From an uncultured Chloroflexia bacterium (lineage in GTDB: Bacteria; Chloroflexota; Anaerolineae; Anaerolineales; E44-bin32): 64,000 bases of DNA. This document shows positions 8,697-18,681 of this stretch, piece by piece. The notes beneath the pieces are model-generated. The model was not told the origin of the DNA. It searched no databases and worked only from the letters and a program-made list of their open reading frames with translations. Positions within the stretch are counted from its first letter, which is position 1, and each line of letters opens with the position of its first letter. A program made the position numbers and the translations under genes. The stretch is from the NCBI GenBank assembly GCA_963807065.1, contig CAWDZQ010000001.1, positions 266,014-330,013 on the forward strand, read 5' to 3'.

Positions 8697-11600
8697 ATGA
8701 GCTTCTCGGACACCTCCAGGCACTCGGAAACTCGTCCTTCTGAAACGATCCTTCCCGAGCAACCACAGCGCGATCGCCTGGCCGCCATCTGTTTGGCCGT
8801 CGGTCTGCTTGGCGCGCCGGCCCCCATTTACTGGGCGACGACTTTTCGTGGTTGGCAGTTCGCCGTATTGGGCGGGGGCTTCGCCGTGCTCGCGCTGGCC
8901 GCCATCACCGGGTGGCTGCTCACCCGATTTGGAAGACGCGGCGCGGCAACTTGGAGCCTCATGGGTGGGGTGGCCGTTCTGGGCGTGAGCCTGGCCGTGG
9001 CCATCAACCAACTGGGGTTGCTGACGGCAGTTGGCATCATGATCATGTTCCCCGCCCTGGCCAGAGAACGATTCTCGGGCCGGACGGTCGCAGTCGCGCT
9101 GTACTTCGCCGTGGGCGCGGCCGCGACGGCCCTGTTGATCGACTTGTTCAATATCTTCCCTGCCCTGCCCCAGCCGGTGGGCACGCCGATCCTGCTCACC
9201 GTAGATGCGTTTGCTCTGGCGGCACTGGCGTTTATCGTGGCTCGCCCGTTCCAGGCCTACAGCTTGCGCACCAAGCTTATCTTGACCTTCCTGTTCATTG
9301 CCCTTGTTCCGGTCAGCTTACTTACATATCTTGGCGCCCAGGCCACACAATCGGCGCTCAAGAATGAAGCCAATCAGAAGCTCGGAGGCGCTGCGTCCCA
9401 GACGGCAGCCGTGCTGGACGCCTTCATACAAGACAATCTGACCAATATCAACACCCAAGCTCAGATTTCAACCATCGTCGACTACATGTCGGCCACAGAT
9501 GCGGAGCGAGCCGATCCGGCTCGTCAAGAAGAAGTTCGACGCTTCCTCCTGCTCCTGGCCAAAGAAGACCCCATCAACGTTCGTCTCCTGGGCTTACTCG
9601 ATGTTCAGGGCAACAACATTCTCGACGTCACGGCGCGAATGGCGGGTGAAAGCGAATCCGATCGCGATTACTTTACCCAGGCATCTGCCAACCGCAGGGC
9701 CTTCGTCTCACCCATCGAATTCTCCCCGTCCGACGGACAGCCAGCGATCTTCTTCAGCAGCCCGATCTTCAACGCCCGATCGACAGTGGTCGGTGTCATC
9801 CGGATCGGACTTAGCGCCGATGTCGTCCAAGGCATCATCGACCACAGTGCTGGCCTGGCTGGCCCTGGGTCTTACGCGGTGGTTTTCGATGAGTACTTGC
9901 TAAATGTGGCCTACACCAACGAACCCGACATGATGTTGAACCCGGTGGGTCCCATCACGACGGATGTCACCAACGAGCTGGTCTCAAGACATCGGTTGCC
10001 CAGCACGTTGGCCAATGGGCCCGGATTGAAGGGCTTGCAGCCGTCCCTTGTGAACTCATCTGCAATCAGCCGACAGGCAGCCCTTTTTCGAGGCCTTCGA
10101 CCCCGCCTCGCCTGGATCTACCGACCAGGTAGCGGTCACACGTATGGACTCGCTTCCTTGGTTGGTGGCCTTCTTCCAGCCGCAGGACGTCCTCTTTGCT
10201 CCGGCCAGGGCGCAGACGAACAACGCCTTGCTGTTGGCCGCCCTGGTCGCCGCCGGAGTGACCCTGGGAGCCATCCTCGTCTCACGTTTCTTGGCCGACC
10301 CCATCATCGACCTGACCGACGTGGCGCAACGCGTGGGTGAAGGGGACCTCACTGCTCAGGCCGTGGTGACGGCGCAGGATGAAATCGGCGTGCTAGGAAG
10401 GACGTTCAACGCCATGTCGCAGCGCATGCGGGAGCTCGTCAGCGGCCTGGAAGAGCGTGTCGCCGAACGTACCAGCGACCTCCAACGCCGCGCCCTGCAG
10501 CTTCAGGCCGCATCCGAGGTCGCCCGAGACGCGGCCGGCATTCTGGATGTGGACGAGCTCCTCTCCGAAGCCGTTCGCCTGATTTCAGAACGGTTCGGTT
10601 TTTACCACGCCGGTGTATTCATGATCGACGACAGCGGAGAAAACGCCGTTCTGAGGGCGGCATCATCCGAAGGCGGGCGGCGCATGTTGGCAGGGGGCCA
10701 CAACCTGGCCGTCGGCAAAGTCGGCATCGTCGGCTACGTGACGGGCGCTGGAAAGCCACGCATCGCCCTCGACGTGGGTGATGACGCCGTCCACTTCGCC
10801 AACCCCGACCTCCCCAAGACGCGCTCGGAAATGGCGCTCCCGCTGATGACAGGTGCCCACGTCATCGGCGCCTTGGACGTGCAAAGCGTCGAACCCGACG
10901 CATTTGACGAGGATGACCTGCTCGTACTTCAGACCATGGCCGATCAGCTGGCCATCGCCATTCAAAACGCAAGCCTGCTTTCGCGCGAAACCGAGCTTGC
11001 GGCCCAGCGCAGGCGTGCCCTTGACATCTACCGGGAGCTCACCCAGCAACTGGGTTTCGATCAGATCATCGCCGACGTCACTCGCCTTGTTCGAGGCGCT
11101 TATGGCTACGAACGGGTCACGCTTGGCATGGTCGAGGGGGGCGAGATTGTCGTTCGCAGTGCCTCGGCCCGGTCTCAGGACCGCTTGCCCCGGCTAGGGC
11201 AGGGCGTGCCCTTTGGGCAGGGTCTGCTGGGCATGGCCGCCGAGCAACGCCGACCCCTGCGGATGAGCCGCAGCCGGCTGGCCAAAGTCCTGGCCGAAGA
11301 TCCTGTCCTCGGCATCCTCGGGTCATCATTGGCCGTGCCGCTGATCTCCCGTGGCCAAGTGATCGGCGTCATCGCCGCCGAATCCGAGGGGGACCACACC
11401 CCATCCGACGAAGAAGTTGAGCTGCTGGAGCTCCTCGCAAACCAGGTGGCGGTGTCCATCGAGAACGCCCGCCTGTTCGAAGAGACCCAGCAAAGTCTGC
11501 GTCAGGTGAACCTGCTCTATCGGCGCCAGACGGCCGAAGCCTGGGAAACGCTGCTCAGCAACCGCCGAACCCAGGGCCAGGAGACGACCGCCGCATTCGG

Positions 11601-12545
11601 AAGTGAAGCCTCTCCGGACGATTCACCTTCTATCGAACAACCGATTGCCCTTCGGGGCGAAGTCATAGGCAACATGAACATCCTGCCACCCAATTCGGGC
11701 AAGTGGTCCAACGAGGATCGGGAAATCCTGGTGGCGGTGGCGGATGAGGTGGCCGATCAGCTTGAACAGCTCCGCCTGATGGAGGAAATTCAGCGTCGTG
11801 CCACACAGATGGAAACTGCGGCCGACATTGCTAAAGTCGCCACCGGCCTGCTCGATCTCGACGGCTTGCTCGAGCGCGCCGTCCACTTGATCCAGGAGCG
11901 GTTCGGCTACTACAACGTTTCCCTTTACCTGATGGACCGGGAAGGACAAACGGCCCGCCTGCGGCAATCCGCCGGCCAGGCCGAACAAACGCTGCTCAGC
12001 CAGAAGCCTGAAGTTGAGCTTGGCGCCCGCAGCATCCTGGGCTTCGTGACCGATTTCAGGCGAGTATTACGTGGCGCACGATGTCACCACAGATCCCTAT
12101 TTTGCGCCCAGTCCCCTGCTCCCCGACACACGCTCCCAATTGGCCGTCCCGTTGCGGGCAGGCGAGCGCGTCATTGGCGCGCTCGACGTTCAGGACACCG
12201 GATTGTACGCCTTTTCCGAAGACGACATCGCCGTCCTTGAGAACTCTGGCAGACCAGCTGGCCGTCGCCGTCCAGAACGCTCGCTCTTATGAAGATGCCT
12301 TGCGACGCGCTGAACGCGAGCAGAAGGTGCTCGAAATCTCCAGCCGCATTCGATCCAGCGCCGACATCGACAGCATGCTGAAGACCGCCGTGAGCGAAAT
12401 CAGGCAAGCCGTCGGCGCTCGGCGAGCTTCCATTCGGTTGTCGTCCGTTTCGGAGTCGGCCGAGATCGAACAACCCGATCCCTCCGACGAGGCCAAAGGC
12501 AACCCAGCGGTCTCGAAAGCCGACGGGAACGGAGCGTCAGCATGA
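8697..12545 (+). pseudogene. TM, Cache-like, TM, HAMP, multi-GAF paralogue carrying three +1 frame disruptions (about 10054-10085, 12050-12060, 12240-12243)
   Basis: Four ORF pieces (8697.., 10144.., 12071.., 12081..) in frames 3, 1, 2, 3. The joins are supported by paralogue alignment: SILGFVTD-x-GEYYVAHDVTTDPYF versus SIIGWVTANNQPRVASDVGDDPVHF, and DIAVLE|TLADQLAVAVQNAR versus LEIMQTLADQLSAAIQNAR. Confidence 0.75.
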
Positions 12546-13321
12546 CGTATGTTATCGCCGTCGCCAATGAGAAGGGAGGCGTGGCCAAGACGACCACCGC
12601 CCTCTCGCTTGGCGCTGCGATGGTCGAGCAACACCAGAAGGCCCTGGTGGTTGACCTGGATGCTCAGGCCAATTTGACCCTTGCCATGGGCATCAAGCCT
12701 AAGGACCTCAATGGGACTGTGTCAGACGTCCTGTTGGGCAGCGGAGATCTGGAATCCATCACGCATGAAACGCCGCTCCCCGGCTTGGACCTGGCGCCTG
12801 CCAACAACAGTTTATTGATGGCCGAGCGCTTTCTCGAGGTGCGGGATGACCACGAATACCTGCTCAAGCGGGCTTTGGAGCGGGTCAGCGAGTATGACAC
12901 CGTGATTTTGGACTGCCCCCCGGCACTCGGCAGCATTACCCGGCTTGCCTTGACGGCTGCGGATCTGCTGATCATCCCCACCCAGTGTGAGTACTTTTCG
13001 GCGCATGCGCTGCAGGATGTGCTTGAGATGATCAGGGACGTTCGCGCGACCACCAACCCACGCTTGAGATACCGCCTGCTTCTGACGATGGTCGACAGGC
13101 GCAACCGCATTCACCGCACCCTTTACGAGCAGGTGCGCAACGCTTTCGGCACCGCAGTCTTCGATTCGATCATTGAAGTCGACACCCGGCTGCGCGAGAG
13201 CCCAATCTTTGCCCAACCCATCACGGTGTACGCGCCCAACAGCCGAGGCGCAGAGCAATACCGCCAACTCGCCAAGGAACTGAAAGACTATGCGCAAGAA
13301 ACTGCTCGAACACCTGCATAA
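12542..13321 (+). CDS. ParA/Soj/MinD-family P-loop ATPase (orphan, no parB seen)
   Basis: Deviant Walker A: VANEKGGVAKTTT. DLDAQANLT follows. The start overlaps the upstream stop as ATGA. Confidence 0.85.
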   Translation: MTYVIAVANEKGGVAKTTTALSLGAAMVEQHQKALVVDLDAQANLTLAMGIKPKDLNGTVSDVLLGSGDLESITHETPLPGLDLAPANNSLLMAERFLEVRDDHEYLLKRALERVSEYDTVILDCPPALGSITRLALTAADLLIIPTQCEYFSAHALQDVLEMIRDVRATTNPRLRYRLLLTMVDRRNRIHRTLYEQVRNAFGTAVFDSIIEVDTRLRESPIFAQPITVYAPNSRGAEQYRQLAKELKDYAQETARTPA

Positions 13322-14885
13322 TCGGCTCGAGACACTGTTTAGCGATGTTTCTGCCGAGCCGGACGGCGGCGATCACGGCCGCAGGGCCGAACGACGCCTG
13401 TCCCCGAGGCGGGAGCTCCCCACGGGTTGGGTGTGGGAGACCGACATCAGCGGCAACTACACCTGGTGCAGCCCCGAAATCGAACGTATCCTGGGAATTT
13501 CGCCCAGGCAGCTGATCGGCAAGCTGATCTACGACGTCCCCATGGTCGGCAACGGCGCTGAGCGGCTGCAGACCACGGTGGCCTCCGCACAACCGATCAC
13601 CAATTTCAAGCTTCAAGCCCGAGCCGCATCCGGCCGGCAGTACTCGCTCTTACTCCACGCGTTGGTGCGAAACGACGCTTCTGGACGACAGGTCGGCTAC
13701 CGGGGCGTCGCTCAAGTTCTCGACCTCGAGTTGTCCACCAGCAGCCGGTTGGCCATCAGCCTTCCCCACCATCCAGATGCCGTGGACGCCACCGCCCCAC
13801 CCCCCCTTCTGGCCGGCTGGGGCACCGTGCCCGGTTACGAAGATGATGGACAGTCCATGCGGCCCCTTAGCGCAGCTGCCAACAGCCAGAGCCTGCTGGA
13901 GTCGACGAACAAGGCCGGTCACTTGACCGTCCCCATCAGTGGCCCCGACAGTCCGGTGGGCGTGCTTGAATTCGATTCGCCCCAGGAGGGCGAAGATTGG
14001 TCAGACGACGATCGCCAATTGGTCGAGGCGGTCGCCCAACAGCTGGGGTCTGCCCTGCAGGACATGCGGGCCCATCAGCTGACCCAGCAAGCCCTGGAAG
14101 AAATGCGCGAGGCCGACCAGCTCAAGAGCCAGTTTCTGGCCAACATGAGCCACGAACTCCGGACGCCCCTCAACTCCATCATCGGCTTTTCGAGGGTCAT
14201 CCTGAAAGGCATCGACGGCCCAATCACCGATACCCAGCGTGAAGACCTGAACGCGATCTACAACGCCGGCCAACACCTACTGGGCCTGATCAGCGACATG
14301 CTCGACATCTCGCGAATTGAAGCCGGGAAGCTCGATTTGACCTTTGGCGAGGTCGACTTGTCGGAAATCATCAACGGTGTCATGACCACGGCCATCGGGC
14401 TGGTCAAGGACAAACCCATCGAGTTGGTGACCGACGTCCCTGATGACCTCCCCGCCATCCAGGCAGACAGCATTCGCATTCGCCAGGTGCTGTTGAACCT
14501 GGTTTCCAACGCCTCCAAGTTCACCGAGGAGGGCCAGATCGCCGTATCCGCCCGCCACATTGGCAAGGGCGAACGAGATGAGATCCTGGTGGCGGTTGCC
14601 GATACCGGGATCGGCATCGCCGCCGAAAACCTCGACAAACTCTTTGAACCTTTTTCGCAGGTCGACCCCTCCCCCACTCGAAAGTCCGGGGGCACCGGCC
14701 TGGGTCTATCCATTGCCCGCCATCTGGTAGAACTCCACGGGGGACGCATCTGGGTAGAGAGCACCGTGGATGAGGGGAGCACATTTGCGTTCACACTACC
14801 GCTTGAACCTCCGGCGATTGAAGATGAAGCCGCTCCGGACGAACAAGCGGCCCACGATGGCCAGCTCCCCGCCTCGCCGGCCTGA
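13290..14885 (+). CDS. sensor histidine kinase (PAS, GAF-like linker, HisKA, HATPase_c), apparently cytoplasmic
   Basis: H-box: FLANMSHELRTPLNSI. N and G boxes: LLNLVSNASKF, DTGIGI, GGTGLGLSIARHLVELHGG. N-terminal PAS-like segment: WVWETDISGNYTWCSPEIERILG. Overlaps the parA-like gene by 32 nt. Confidence 0.85.
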   Translation: MRKKLLEHLHNRLETLFSDVSAEPDGGDHGRRAERRLSPRRELPTGWVWETDISGNYTWCSPEIERILGISPRQLIGKLIYDVPMVGNGAERLQTTVASAQPITNFKLQARAASGRQYSLLLHALVRNDASGRQVGYRGVAQVLDLELSTSSRLAISLPHHPDAVDATAPPPLLAGWGTVPGYEDDGQSMRPLSAAANSQSLLESTNKAGHLTVPISGPDSPVGVLEFDSPQEGEDWSDDDRQLVEAVAQQLGSALQDMRAHQLTQQALEEMREADQLKSQFLANMSHELRTPLNSIIGFSRVILKGIDGPITDTQREDLNAIYNAGQHLLGLISDMLDISRIEAGKLDLTFGEVDLSEIINGVMTTAIGLVKDKPIELVTDVPDDLPAIQADSIRIRQVLLNLVSNASKFTEEGQIAVSARHIGKGERDEILVAVADTGIGIAAENLDKLFEPFSQVDPSPTRKSGGTGLGLSIARHLVELHGGRIWVESTVDEGSTFAFTLPLEPPAIEDEAAPDEQAAHDGQLPASPA

Positions 14886-14901
14886 CCGCTAGCTGTAATC
14901 C

Positions 14902-16578
14902 ATGATGAGCCACTTCGAGATCGAGTGCCTTGATTGCGGGCAGCGATCTGCCGGCAAGCCGCTGGCCCTCGCCTGCCCTCATTGCGGCAGCGAATGGATC
15001 GAAGCGCGCTACGACCTTGCGGCGGTCTCCCCAGATTTGGTTGCCAGGGCCAGAAACCGTCCCTTCGACCTCTGGCGCTACCGCGAGGTCCTCCCGCTCC
15101 ATTCCCACAACCCCCTGCTCGTAATGGGCGACGGCGGCACGCCCCTCTTCCCCGCCACCAATCTGGGGATGATGCTCGGCTTGAACCACCTGTACATCAA
15201 AGATGAGCGGCAGGGAGCGACGGCATCTTTCAAGGATCGGCAGGCGGCGGTCACCATGGCCGCACTCAAGGAGGCCGGCGTCACCGAAGCCGTCGTGGCG
15301 TCCACCGGGAATGTGGCCATTGCCTATTCGGCTTACGGAGCTCGCGCCGGAATCAAGGTCTGGGCCTTCCTGACCAGCCTGGTCCCGGCCGCCAAGATGC
15401 ACGAGGTGGCGCTGTATGGGACGCAGGTGGTCAAGGTGACCAGCACCTACGATCAGGCCAAGCACCTGGCCGCCGAATTCGCACGCAAGAAGGGCCTGTA
15501 TCTTGACCGCAGTGTCCGCAGCGTGCTTAATGTCGAAGCCATGAAGACCATGGCCTATGAAATCGCCGAACAGTTGGGGGCCGTTTATGGCGAGGTGGTC
15601 GACGAGAGCCCGCCTGCCTGCTGGCGCTCCCCGGATTGGTACCTTCAGTCGGTGAGCGGGGGGATCGGCCCAGTGGGCGTGAGCAAAGGTTTCATGGAGC
15701 TGATGGCCATGGGGTTGACCGCCAGGGTCCCCGCCCTGGGGATCATCCAGGCCGCTGGATGTGCGCCCATGGTACACGCGTGGCAAGCCGGGACAGACGA
15801 AGCGGAACCCATCACGATGCCGACGACCCACATTTCTACCCTCAGTACCGGGGATCCTGGGCGCGCCTATAGCCTGCTCCGAGAACGCCTCTCGACTTAC
15901 GGGGGGACGATGGAAAGCGTCACCGACGAAGAGGCGTTTAAGGCAATGCACCTGCTGGCCAAGATGGAGGGCCTGTCGGTCGAACCTGCCGCCGGTGTCG
16001 CCTTCGCCGGGCTGATCAAACTGGTGCAGCTGGGAGTTATCGGCGCCGACGAAATTGTGGTGGTCAACTGCTCGGGGCACACGCTGCCCATCGAGGAAGA
16101 GCTCCTGCAAGAGGGCTGGGCGGAGGCTATCGACTTGCCTGAAGGCGAATTCCCAGCCTCACCCCAAGAGGGCCTCCTGGCGGCTCTGGCCAGGCTCGAC
16201 CGGCGTCGCACGCGCAGCGTCCTGATCGTGGATGACCACCCGGACGCCCGCCGCTTGATCCGCCGCATCCTGCAGGCCCATGGCAGCTATTCAGTACGCG
16301 AGGTGGGGTCCGGCCCTGAAGCACTGGCCGACGCTCGAGATCATCCCCCCGATCTGGTGATTCTCGATCTCATGATGCCCGAGATGGACGGATTCGAGGT
16401 CCTTGATCGCTTGAAAGATGAGCCAGCGACCCACCGGGTGCCGGTGATTGTCGTGACCGCCAAGGACTTGACTTTGGAAGAGAAGAAGCGCCTGGAAGGT
16501 CAGATTTCCCGGCTGATGACCAAAGGGGATTTCCTCAACGAAGATCTCTTGGAGGAAATCAGCAAAGCGCTGAACTAG
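14902..16578 (+). CDS. threonine-synthase-like PLP enzyme fused to a C-terminal response-regulator receiver
   Basis: N-terminal Zn ribbon (CLDCG...CPHCG). PLP-Lys motif ASFKDR. Glycine loop VSGGIGP. After a linker of about 40 aa comes a complete REC domain (VLIVDDHPD...LVILDLMMPEMDG...VIVVTAK...K). Confidence 0.8.
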   Translation: MMSHFEIECLDCGQRSAGKPLALACPHCGSEWIEARYDLAAVSPDLVARARNRPFDLWRYREVLPLHSHNPLLVMGDGGTPLFPATNLGMMLGLNHLYIKDERQGATASFKDRQAAVTMAALKEAGVTEAVVASTGNVAIAYSAYGARAGIKVWAFLTSLVPAAKMHEVALYGTQVVKVTSTYDQAKHLAAEFARKKGLYLDRSVRSVLNVEAMKTMAYEIAEQLGAVYGEVVDESPPACWRSPDWYLQSVSGGIGPVGVSKGFMELMAMGLTARVPALGIIQAAGCAPMVHAWQAGTDEAEPITMPTTHISTLSTGDPGRAYSLLRERLSTYGGTMESVTDEEAFKAMHLLAKMEGLSVEPAAGVAFAGLIKLVQLGVIGADEIVVVNCSGHTLPIEEELLQEGWAEAIDLPEGEFPASPQEGLLAALARLDRRRTRSVLIVDDHPDARRLIRRILQAHGSYSVREVGSGPEALADARDHPPDLVILDLMMPEMDGFEVLDRLKDEPATHRVPVIVVTAKDLTLEEKKRLEGQISRLMTKGDFLNEDLLEEISKALN

Positions 16579-16580
16579 CT

Positions 16581-17618
16581 TTGTCAACGAGTGCGTTCAT
16601 GAGCGAGCGGTCAACCACACCCCACGGCATCCCTTTGGCGGCAGCATCGGCGCTCTTCCTGGGACTTTCTCCCGTCTTCGGAAAGCAGGCCATCCTGGCC
16701 GGAATGTCGCCCCTGGCCGTGGTCGCCGTCCGCACGGCGGGAGCGGCCGGGCTGTTGATCCTCATCATGGGCCTTTTCCAGCGCCGTTTCCTGTACATTT
16801 ACCCTTTGGGATTTGTGGGGTGCATGATCGCCGGGGGCCTCAACGGGATTGGCTCCCTGCTCTACTATTCCGCCTTGGCCAGGATCGACGCCAGCCTGGG
16901 CCAGCTACTCTATTCCCTCTATCCCGTGTTCGTCGCCGTCCTGCTCTACCTGGACGGCCACCGCTACTCGCCACGCACGATGCTTCGCCTGGGGCTGAGC
17001 GTGCCGGCGGTGCTCCTGCTTTCGTGGGCCCCCTCAGGGCAAGTCGATGTCCTCGGCGTGGGCCTGATGCTTGGGGCCAGCCTGCTGTACGCCGTGCATA
17101 TCCCCATCAATCAACGGGTGCTCTTCGAAGCGCCGGCGCCGACCGTGACACTCTATACCCTCTTGGCCATGACTCTCACCGTGGTGCTGGCTCTGGTGCT
17201 CTTCGACCCGGGAGCGTCCCCAGCGCCAGTGGAAGCGCTGGTACCCATCGTCGGTTTGACCACGGTGACCTTTCTCAGCCGGGCGACACTCTTCGCCGGG
17301 GTCAAACGGATCGGTGGGCTGGAAACGTCGCTCATCGGCCTGGGAGAGCTTCTGGTAACTCTCCTTTTGGCCGGATGGTGGCTGGGTGAGAGCTTGATGC
17401 CTCAGCAGTGGATCGGGGCCCTCCTGCTGGCCGGGATCTTGTTGATGGCGTTTCGGGGCCGAAGCGACCGCCCGCCGGGGGTCGCCGGCCGTGGGTGGCT
17501 CCACTGGCTCCTGCCGCCAGGCGCGGCGGAGGTCGCCCAACAGGCCTTGTTGAGCGACGATCCGTCCACCTCACCTTCTGAGACAATCCCTGAAGGCGAG
17601 GCCTCAATCGACGGCTAA
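16581..17618 (+). CDS. EamA/DMT-family transporter
   Basis: About 10 TM helices arranged as two EamA-like halves, with a Pro/Ser-rich C-terminal tail. Confidence 0.7.
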   Translation: MSTSAFMSERSTTPHGIPLAAASALFLGLSPVFGKQAILAGMSPLAVVAVRTAGAAGLLILIMGLFQRRFLYIYPLGFVGCMIAGGLNGIGSLLYYSALARIDASLGQLLYSLYPVFVAVLLYLDGHRYSPRTMLRLGLSVPAVLLLSWAPSGQVDVLGVGLMLGASLLYAVHIPINQRVLFEAPAPTVTLYTLLAMTLTVVLALVLFDPGASPAPVEALVPIVGLTTVTFLSRATLFAGVKRIGGLETSLIGLGELLVTLLLAGWWLGESLMPQQWIGALLLAGILLMAFRGRSDRPPGVAGRGWLHWLLPPGAAEVAQQALLSDDPSTSPSETIPEGEASIDG

Positions 17619-17675
17619 ACTGTCGCTGTGCTATACTCCCCGCGACCCACCCAGACACGCTTGGAGACTGCCTGA

Positions 17676-18593
17676 ATGCGCCACTTCCTATCGCTGGCCG
17701 ACTACGCCCACGATGAGCTCACCGACATCCTAAATTTGGCTATCCGCATGAAGGATGAGTGGCGCCATGGCGGGAATCCGCCCATGCTCAAGGACAAAGT
17801 CCTGGCGATGGTGTTTCAGAAACCCAGCCTGCGGACACGAGTGTCGTTCGACATGGCCATGCGCCACCTGGGGGGTGACGCCCTTTACCTTTCACCAAGC
17901 GAAATTGGGCTCGGCCAGCGCGAATCGATCGCGGATGTCAGCCGGGTGCTCTCGGGTTATGTCCAGGTGGTTATGGCGCGCGTGTTCGAACATGAGCACA
18001 TCCTTGAACTGGCCCGCTATTCCAGCGTGCCGGTCATCAACGGACTGAGCGATTTCAATCATCCCTGTCAGGCAATGGCCGATATGCTCACCATCCTGGA
18101 GCGCTTCGGACAACTCAAGGGCCTTAAGATGACTTACATCGGTGACGGGAACAATGTGGCGGTCTCCCTCGCCTTTGCCTGCATGAGCCTGGGAATCGAC
18201 TTCACCATCGCCGCTCCAGAAGGGTATGCCCTGCCCTCCCGCGCCTTGGCGATGGCGGAAGAGATGGCCCAAGAGAGCGGCGCTTCGCTTCACCAGGTCC
18301 ACGACCCACAGGCCGCCGTCGAAGGTGTGCACGTGATTTACACCGACACCTGGGTCAGCATGGGCAAGGAGGACGAGGCTCAAGGACGCCGAGAGGTCTT
18401 CCAGCCTTATCAGGTCAACGGGGCCCTTGTCGACCTGGCCGAGCCGTCGGCGATCGTCATGCACTGCCTTCCCGCCCACCGAGGCGAAGAAATCACCGAC
18501 CAGGTCGCCGATGGCCCTCATTCGGTGATCTTCCAACAGGCCGAGAACCGGCTCCACGCACAAAAGGCAATCCTGGCAACCCTGCTGACCTAG
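17676..18593 (+). CDS. argF: ornithine carbamoyltransferase
   Basis: Carbamoyl-phosphate motif SLRTR. Ornithine motifs HPCQ and HCLPA. Length 305 aa. Confidence 0.9.
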   Translation: MRHFLSLADYAHDELTDILNLAIRMKDEWRHGGNPPMLKDKVLAMVFQKPSLRTRVSFDMAMRHLGGDALYLSPSEIGLGQRESIADVSRVLSGYVQVVMARVFEHEHILELARYSSVPVINGLSDFNHPCQAMADMLTILERFGQLKGLKMTYIGDGNNVAVSLAFACMSLGIDFTIAAPEGYALPSRALAMAEEMAQESGASLHQVHDPQAAVEGVHVIYTDTWVSMGKEDEAQGRREVFQPYQVNGALVDLAEPSAIVMHCLPAHRGEEITDQVADGPHSVIFQQAENRLHAQKAILATLLT

Positions 18594-18650
18594 CCCTTCA
18601 GCTAAAATGTACCCTGCGGGCGTTGGAACGGCCTGCGGCCCGCACCATCA

Positions 18651-18670
18651 ATTGTGAGAATTTTCACAAG
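18651..18670. promoter_or_regulatory. palindrome copy A: aTTGTGA-gaattt-TCACAAg, 12 nt upstream of the pyk ATG and overlapping its SD
   Basis: Perfect TGTGA-N6-TCACA core at 18653..18668. The right arm runs into AAGGAGG. Confidence 0.5.
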
Positions 18671-18681
18671 GAGGCCGGAGC

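Noticed and set aside
14791-16110. 439-aa minus-strand ORF antisense to the ThrC::REC gene. Similar long antisense ORFs occur at 27269..28543, 32057..33052, 24151..25347, 1397..2062 and 50415..50891.
   Set aside because: Their translations are low-complexity Arg/Gly/Pro/His-rich with no recognisable motifs. Each lies opposite a gene with clear family signatures. These are typical shadow ORFs of GC-rich DNA.
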